Source: Staphylospora marina (GTDB taxonomy: Bacteria > Bacillota > Bacilli > Thermoactinomycetales > Thermoactinomycetaceae). Taken from it: a DNA stretch of 24,000 nucleotides. The stretch lies in assembly GCF_003856495.1 (NCBI RefSeq), contig NZ_CP034118.1, forward strand, positions 1,810,182 to 1,834,181, written 5' to 3'. The translations under genes and the position numbers were made by a program. Below, in pieces: positions 18,699-24,000 of this stretch. The notes under the pieces were generated by a model. That model saw only the letters and a program-made list of their open reading frames with translations. It was not told the origin of the DNA and searched no databases. Each line of letters opens with the position of its first letter. The stretch's first letter is position 1.

Positions 18699-18749
18699 AA
18701 ACAAAATAAATCACGGCTTGGCGGGATTTTTCATTCCGCCAAGCCGTGA
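18697..18749 (-). terminator. Rho-independent terminator of the MFS gene
   Basis: A perfect 14-bp stem, TCACGGCTTGGCGG / CCGCCAAGCCGTGA (18711-18749), is followed on the minus strand by UUUAUUUUGUUUUGAU. It starts 10 nt after the MFS stop. Confidence 0.8.
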
Positions 18750-18758
18750 CTCATGAAT

Positions 18759-20171
18759 TCAACGGGGATCGGAAGCCGTCCGCACCGGCCCGGGTTCCCG
18801 TCCTTTCCCGAACACGGACGCATACACAAGCCCGGAAGCCGCCACCATCAGGGCAAATACGAGGAACAGATTGCTGTACGGAAGGGCGGCCTTCTCCAAT
18901 CCGAACGGAAGAAGCCGGAAATCAAACAGCCCGCTTGACAGCAGGGCGGCCACTCCCGCCGTGCCGATCGCCCCGGAGATGAACGCGCTCAGACCGTAAA
19001 AGCCCATGCCCACCCCGATCCGCTCAGGCTGGAGAGTCCGGGTGATGGTTTCGGCCATGGCCGTTTGCACGAACGACTGGCCGATGTACAGGAGAACCAA
19101 CACACCGCTGATGAGCCACACCCACCTGTCGGTCACTCCCGCCAGAAGGAACAAACTGCCGCTTGCCAATCCCAAACCGGTCAGAACCACCGCGTAATCC
19201 CCTTTTTTGGCGGTCAGATGCCCGGCCACCGTTCCGAAGATGACGGCGCTGAACGCTCCCGGGAACATGATCAGCCCGATCCGGTCCGTCGTCAGGCCGT
19301 GCACATGGGTCATCATCAGCGGGATCAAAAAGATCACCCCGAAAATGGCCCCGAACAGCAAAAAGCCCATGCCCACTCCGAACGTGTATTTTCGGTTTCG
19401 AAACAGCCCGGGGTCCACGAACGGTTCGGGAACACGGCGGATGTGAAAGACAAACCAGGTCGCGAGGACCGCGCTTGCCACCAGCCAAATCCAATCCATC
19501 AAGGTGAAGAACATCACCAGCGCCGTGAATCCGATTGCCAGGAGGGCCGCCCCGGCAATGTCCACCTTGGCATCGGTCCGCTTCGATTCTTCCTCGGGAA
19601 GCCATTTCAGAAAGGCCGGGATGGTCACCACCGTGAACAAGGGGATGAGCAGCAGAAAGGACCAGTGAAGATAGCGGGAGACAAAGCCCCCGATCACGGG
19701 TCCCACTCCCACCGCGAACGAGGCGGTGGAGGTGAACAGTCCGAACAGTTTCCCCCGTTGCTCCGGAGTGAAGTAACGGGCGACGATCACCATGGTGAGG
19801 GCCGGGAGCGCCGACGCGCCTGCCCCCTGAATCACGCGCGACGCAATCACCGCCGGATACCATGCCTCAAGCAAGGCTCCCAGCAGGGATGAACCAGCAT
19901 ACGTGAGAATGCCGATGATCATCAGCCGGCGCAACTCGTACACATCGGCCAACTTGCCGAAGATGATCTGTCCGACTCCGAAGGAAATGATGAACGCGGT
20001 GACCACCCAGCTGACCTCGGTCGGGGCGAGACCGTACTGTTCGGCAATCTTGGGGATGGACACGTTGAACACCGTTTCATTCAACACGGCGAAAAACACG
20101 ACATAAATGACCAGGAAGGAAAATCTCCGCAGATCGAATCTCTTCGCATGTTCAGATTGTGACATATGCAT
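18759..20171 (-). CDS. MFS transporter, DHA2 (EmrB/QacA-like, probably 14-TMS) drug:H+ antiporter family
   Basis: 470-aa highly hydrophobic ORF. It has MFS motif A (GKLADVYELRRLMIIG) and antiporter motif C (GVGPVIGGF). AGGAG lies upstream of the tandem ATGs at 20171 and 20165. Confidence 0.85.
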   Translation of the reverse strand: MHMSQSEHAKRFDLRRFSFLVIYVVFFAVLNETVFNVSIPKIAEQYGLAPTEVSWVVTAFIISFGVGQIIFGKLADVYELRRLMIIGILTYAGSSLLGALLEAWYPAVIASRVIQGAGASALPALTMVIVARYFTPEQRGKLFGLFTSTASFAVGVGPVIGGFVSRYLHWSFLLLIPLFTVVTIPAFLKWLPEEESKRTDAKVDIAGAALLAIGFTALVMFFTLMDWIWLVASAVLATWFVFHIRRVPEPFVDPGLFRNRKYTFGVGMGFLLFGAIFGVIFLIPLMMTHVHGLTTDRIGLIMFPGAFSAVIFGTVAGHLTAKKGDYAVVLTGLGLASGSLFLLAGVTDRWVWLISGVLVLLYIGQSFVQTAMAETITRTLQPERIGVGMGFYGLSAFISGAIGTAGVAALLSSGLFDFRLLPFGLEKAALPYSNLFLVFALMVAASGLVYASVFGKGREPGPVRTASDPR

Positions 20172-20262
20172 GATCTCCTCTCAAACGATCAAATGCGACG
20201 AGCAGGCAGCCAAGCCGTAAGCGGGTTGTTCCTGTTACCTGATCATGGGTCTCCCCTCCCGG

Positions 20263-20298
20263 AAAAAATCGAGCCGGGTGGATCACCCGGCGATTTTT
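20263..20298. terminator. Bidirectional-looking intrinsic terminator hairpin in the trpS-MFS spacer
   Basis: GCCGGGTG-gat-CACCCGGC (8 perfect bp) is flanked by AAAAAA on the left and TTTTT on the right of the plus strand, so each strand sees a hairpin followed by a U-tract. Confidence 0.6.
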
Positions 20299-20366
20299 AC
20301 TCGCGATACATTTTATTCCATTTTCGAGCCGATTACAACCCTTCCGAACCCATCCTCCCCGACAAC

Positions 20367-20404
20367 GATCAAATCAGCCGACGCATCGCATTTGCGTCGG
20401 CTGA
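20367..20404 (-). terminator. Stem-loop immediately after trpS (weak U-tract)
   Basis: A perfect 12-bp stem, TCAGCCGACGCA-tcgcatt-TGCGTCGGCTGA (20374-20404), begins 9 nt after the trpS stop. The minus strand then reads UUUGAUCGUUG. Confidence 0.55.
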
Positions 20405-20412
20405 GTCCGTTT

Positions 20413-21393
<981 letters not shown>

Positions 21394-21413
21394 TCACTCC
21401 TTCCGTATTTTTG

Positions 21414-21682
21414 AAAAAAAGAAAACGCCCGCCCCGCAAAGGGACGAGCGGTTGCTCGCGGTACCACCCTTTTTCGTCCGGCACCGACTGCCGAACGCAC
21501 TTCATGCGGATAACGGGATGTTCCCGGCCTTTCCTACCAGGGAGATTCCCCTTCGGAAAGGCGGCTCCGAAGCCCATTCACGCGTCGGACCGACCGGCTT
21601 GCACCTGCCGCCGGCTCTCTGGACGGACCGGGTCGCGCTACTCTCCTTCTTCCTCGCCGCTGCAATGTTCCGATGTGACGGT
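21414..21682 (-). promoter_or_regulatory. T-box riboswitch leader with a Trp (UGG) specifier, controlling trpS
   Basis: On the minus strand: the AGAGAG box followed by the GGUGCAA distal-loop motif; a specifier-loop context GAA-UGG-G (UGG at 21574-21576); an F-box-like CCGUUA (21511-21516); the T-box sequence GGGUGGUACCGCG (21457-21469); and a terminator CGCUCGUCCC-UUUGC-GGGGCGGGCG followed by UUUUCUUUUUUU (21414-21450). Confidence 0.9.
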
Positions 21683-21688
21683 ATGATC

Positions 21689-21717
21689 ATTCTCCCTGAA
21701 TCTTCCCATCAAGTCAA
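21689..21717 (-). promoter_or_regulatory. Candidate sigma-A promoter of the trpS T-box leader
   Basis: The minus strand reads TTGACT, a 17-nt spacer, then GAGAAT. Confidence 0.5.
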
Positions 21718-21727
21718 GTATATCTTA

Positions 21728-21756
21728 TTTACAAAGAATCACGATTGTGCTAGGTT
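21728..21756 (+). promoter_or_regulatory. Candidate promoter for the CcdC-like gene (divergent from the trpS leader)
   Basis: TTTACA, a 17-nt spacer, then TGcTAGGTT. The -10 is weak but has an extended TG. Confidence 0.35.
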
Positions 21757-21780
21757 GATGTCAGATGAGGAGGGACGGAA

Positions 21781-22284
21781 ATGGCGCATACTTTGCCGCT
21801 GCATCTTCACTGGTTGGCCCCGCTGGCCGCCTTCGTCATGGCCACGACGATGATCATCTTCCGTCTTCGTGCCGCCAACCGGCCGGTCAACGTTCAAAAA
21901 ATCCTTTTGCCGCCCCTCGGCATGAGCACGGGTTTTTTGATGTTTGTGTATCCGCCCACCCACATCCCCTGGTCTTGGGCACTGATCGCATTTCTGACCG
22001 GATCGCTCCTGTTCTCCGTTCCGCTGATCCGGGCCACTGCCTTCCACATGGTGGACGGAAAGGTATATGTCAAACGTTCCAAAGCACTTGTTTGGATCCT
22101 GCTCTCATTGTTTTCCATCCGGATTTTGCTTCACTCCTGGATCGAACAGCACATCGACGTGTTCCAAACCGCTTCCGTGTTTTTCATCCTGGCCTTCGGC
22201 ATGCTCCTTCCCTGGCGTCTCGCGATGTACTTCCAATACCGCAAATTCATGAAGGAGCATCAGCGGAAAACCGCCACTTCCTGA
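21781..22284 (+). CDS. CcdC-like (DUF1453-type) small integral membrane protein
   Basis: 167-aa ORF with AGGAGGG 6 nt upstream of the ATG and about 4 TM segments. The motifs KILLPPLGMSTGFLMF, KRSKALVWILL and ILAFGMLLPWRLAMYFQYRKF resemble my recollection of Bacillus CcdC/YneJ. The family call is from memory only. Confidence 0.6.
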   Translation: MAHTLPLHLHWLAPLAAFVMATTMIIFRLRAANRPVNVQKILLPPLGMSTGFLMFVYPPTHIPWSWALIAFLTGSLLFSVPLIRATAFHMVDGKVYVKRSKALVWILLSLFSIRILLHSWIEQHIDVFQTASVFFILAFGMLLPWRLAMYFQYRKFMKEHQRKTATS

Positions 22285-22301
22285 GTCGACATGAAAGATG
22301 C

Positions 22302-22333
22302 GCGTTGCCGTCCCGCTTCGGTAACGCTTTTTT
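22302..22333 (+). terminator. Rho-independent terminator of the CcdC-like gene
   Basis: GCGUUGCCG-ucccgcuu-CGGUAACGC (one G-U pair) followed by UUUUUU, 18 nt after the stop. Confidence 0.75.
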
Positions 22334-22352
22334 CATCGCGGGCTTCTTGCCA

Positions 22353-22859
22353 TCATTCGCCGGAATCGCGGCCTGCCCTGCCCCCCGTTTCGCAAGGGGG
22401 GGCCTTTTTTGAGAAATTCTCTTCCGATTCCACGCGGATGCCATGTCGGCGAAACAGGGCGGCGGTCACGCCGGCTCCCGGCTTTTTCCGACCGCTGAAC
22501 GTTCCGTCATAGATGGCACAGCTTCCGCAAGACGGACTTTTCTCCTTGAGAATCGCGTGTTTGGCCCCCACGGCCTTTGCCAAGGCCAGTGCCTCACGGG
22601 CACCCCGCAAAAATTGTTCGGTCACGTCATTCCCCCGGTTGTCCACCACACGGGCTTTTCCGTCAAGCACGTCATCGCCGTCCCCGCCCACGATCTCCGC
22701 GGGAGGTCGCGGGGTCTTCAAACCGCCCAACTGTTCGGGACAAACCGGAATCGCTTCTCCGCTCCGAATCAATTCCACGATTTCTTCCACCCGGTTGTGC
22801 TTTCCGTCGTAACGGCAATGCAACCCCGCGAAGCAGGCGCTCACGATTTTCTTGTCCAT
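22353..22859 (-). CDS. DUF523 family protein (TudS-like, putative [4Fe-4S] thiouracil desulfidase family)
   Basis: Track ORF 22353..22940, with the start refined to the ATG at 22859, giving MDKKIVSACFAGLHCRYDG. It has the conserved Cys triad contexts SAC..RYDG, PVCPEQLGG and KSPSCG. An unusual C-terminal tail of about 19 aa (SKKAPPCETGGRAGRDSGE) follows. Confidence 0.8.
   Translation of the reverse strand: MDKKIVSACFAGLHCRYDGKHNRVEEIVELIRSGEAIPVCPEQLGGLKTPRPPAEIVGGDGDDVLDGKARVVDNRGNDVTEQFLRGAREALALAKAVGAKHAILKEKSPSCGSCAIYDGTFSGRKKPGAGVTAALFRRHGIRVESEENFSKKAPPCETGGRAGRDSGE
22380..22410 (+). terminator. Second plus-strand intrinsic terminator, embedded in the 3' coding end of the convergent DUF523 gene
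   Basis: GCCCCCC-guuucgcaag-GGGGGGC followed by CUUUUUU. On the minus strand the same bases encode ..KKAPPCETGG.. of the DUF523 ORF tail. Confidence 0.6.
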
Positions 22860-23023
22860 GATGTTGGCCCCCACCTTTTTGGGATATTTTATCACAAAGA
22901 GGTTCACGAAATTTTCGAACTCAGTCGGATCCCTGTGCATTCCGCCACAAAGTTGCTACAATACGAAGAGTGGAAACGATTGTAATCCGGGATCGGAATC
23001 CTTTTTCTGAACACAATCCGGAA

Positions 23024-23058
23024 GCCGGGAGAAGGCGGAACCGCTCCGCTTCCCCGGC
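23024..23058 (+). other. Imperfect 14-bp stem-loop upstream of the oxidoreductase gene
   Basis: GCCGGG(a)GAA(g)GCGGA-accgc-TCCGCTTCCCCGGC pairs as 6+3+1+4 bp with two single-nucleotide bulges. No U-tract follows. It ends 15 nt before the GGAGGAG Shine-Dalgarno. Confidence 0.5.
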
Positions 23059-23091
23059 GGATCCGGTTCCATGGAGGAGTGAGCATGATTC

Positions 23092-24000
23092 GTGCCTGAA
23101 AAAGTGTTGGTGGCAGGCGGAGGATTGGCCGGCCTGAGCGCCGCCGCGCGCCTCGCCGTCCACGGATATGACGTGACTCTTCTTGAAAAGGCGCCGAAAC
23201 TGGGAGGAAGGGCCATCACCATTCCCCTGAAAGGGTTCAATTTCAACTTTGGCGCCCACTGCATTTACGGCCGGGACAAATCGGTTCTCAAAAAATACGA
23301 GAGCGAGCTCGGACTCCGCGTGGACTGGCGGGACTTCTCCCCGTCCAAAGCGTATTACGACATGGGCGATTACACCACGCCGATGCCGGCCACGCTGGAG
23401 GGATTGTACCGGACCCGTGTGCTGGATTCGCAAAACAAAATCCGGTTCGCCTATGAAGTGTTCAAAACCATGGCGCACCTTGAAACGGGAGAAGAAGGGA
23501 TTCCCATCGGCGAATATCTGGAGAAGGAGTCGGCACAGGTCCGCGACCTCTTCCTGACGATCGCTTCGTCCAACTTCTTCACCAACGAATCCGAAAAAAT
23601 TCCTTCCCCGCTTTTCTTTCAATACTACCGGCGACTGTTTTCGACGCAAAAAGCCGTTTCATACATCGGGGGCGGCTGGCAATCCATCGTCGACGGATTT
23701 GCGAATCTGATCGAACAGAACGGCGGGAAAATCATCACCAAGGAAAAGGCAACCCGGGTCGAGACGGAAGGTAACCGGGTGCGTGCCGTCATCGGCAAAG
23801 ACGGGGAACGGTATGAAGCGGATCATTTCATTTTTTGCATCCCGCCCAAGGAACTGGTCTCCCTGTTCGAAGGCACCCCCCATGTCGGCCTGTTTGAAGA
23901 ATACCGGCGGTACTCGCCCACGCTGGTGGTGGTGTACGACGTCGGCCTGCGCGAGCGCATTCACAGCCCGTTCACGTACATCTACCACAAGGCGGACCGG
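23092..24000 (+). CDS. NAD(P)/FAD-dependent oxidoreductase, phytoene-desaturase (CrtI) / amine-oxidase-like family; 3' end beyond the window
   Basis: Own translation from the GTG at 23092 gives (M)PEKVLVAGGGLAGLSAAARLAVHGYDVTLLEKAPKLGGRA.. (Rossmann GxGxxG plus the downstream E and GGR), continuing ..YIGGGWQSIVDGFANLIEQNGGKIITKEKATRVE.. to the window end without a stop. It is not in the ORF track because it is open-ended. The start is uncertain: the GTG at 23104 or the TTG at 23107 are also possible. Confidence 0.75.
   Translation, partial: MPEKVLVAGGGLAGLSAAARLAVHGYDVTLLEKAPKLGGRAITIPLKGFNFNFGAHCIYGRDKSVLKKYESELGLRVDWRDFSPSKAYYDMGDYTTPMPATLEGLYRTRVLDSQNKIRFAYEVFKTMAHLETGEEGIPIGEYLEKESAQVRDLFLTIASSNFFTNESEKIPSPLFFQYYRRLFSTQKAVSYIGGGWQSIVDGFANLIEQNGGKIITKEKATRVETEGNRVRAVIGKDGERYEADHFIFCIPPKELVSLFEGTPHVGLFEEYRRYSPTLVVVYDVGLRERIHSPFTYIYHKADR

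Overview
The window has about 57% GC and no tRNA, rRNA, CRISPR or mobile-element signatures. It looks like a conserved housekeeping and sporulation block of an endospore-forming Firmicute (Bacillales-like order), mostly on the minus strand. Reading the minus strand from right to left, the left 18 kb contains: gpr, spoIIP and a yqxA-like gene; lepA; hemW; then a sigma-A promoter and a perfect CIRCE operator driving hrcA, a thermosome-like chaperonin, grpE, dnaK, dnaJ, prmA, rsmE and mtaB; and finally a Nudix ORF that runs without a stop codon into deoC at the window start. rpsT is divergent from gpr. The right 6 kb is less conserved. It holds a fatty-acid-hydroxylase-family membrane protein, a DHA2-type MFS transporter, trpS behind a Trp (UGG) T-box leader, a CcdC-like membrane protein, a DUF523/TudS-like protein, and the 5' part of a CrtI/amine-oxidase-type FAD oxidoreductase.

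The standout observation is a 514-aa archaeal/eukaryotic-type (group II-like) chaperonin between hrcA and grpE, under CIRCE/HrcA control. As far as I recall, this rare class has been reported as bacterial 'group III' chaperonins, so it is unusual rather than wholly new. The second observation is the in-frame Nudix-DeoC read-through.

All calls rest on my own reading and translation of the sequence and on recognition of family motifs. No database search was possible. Most long plus-strand ORFs in the supplied track are antisense shadow ORFs of the real minus-strand genes.
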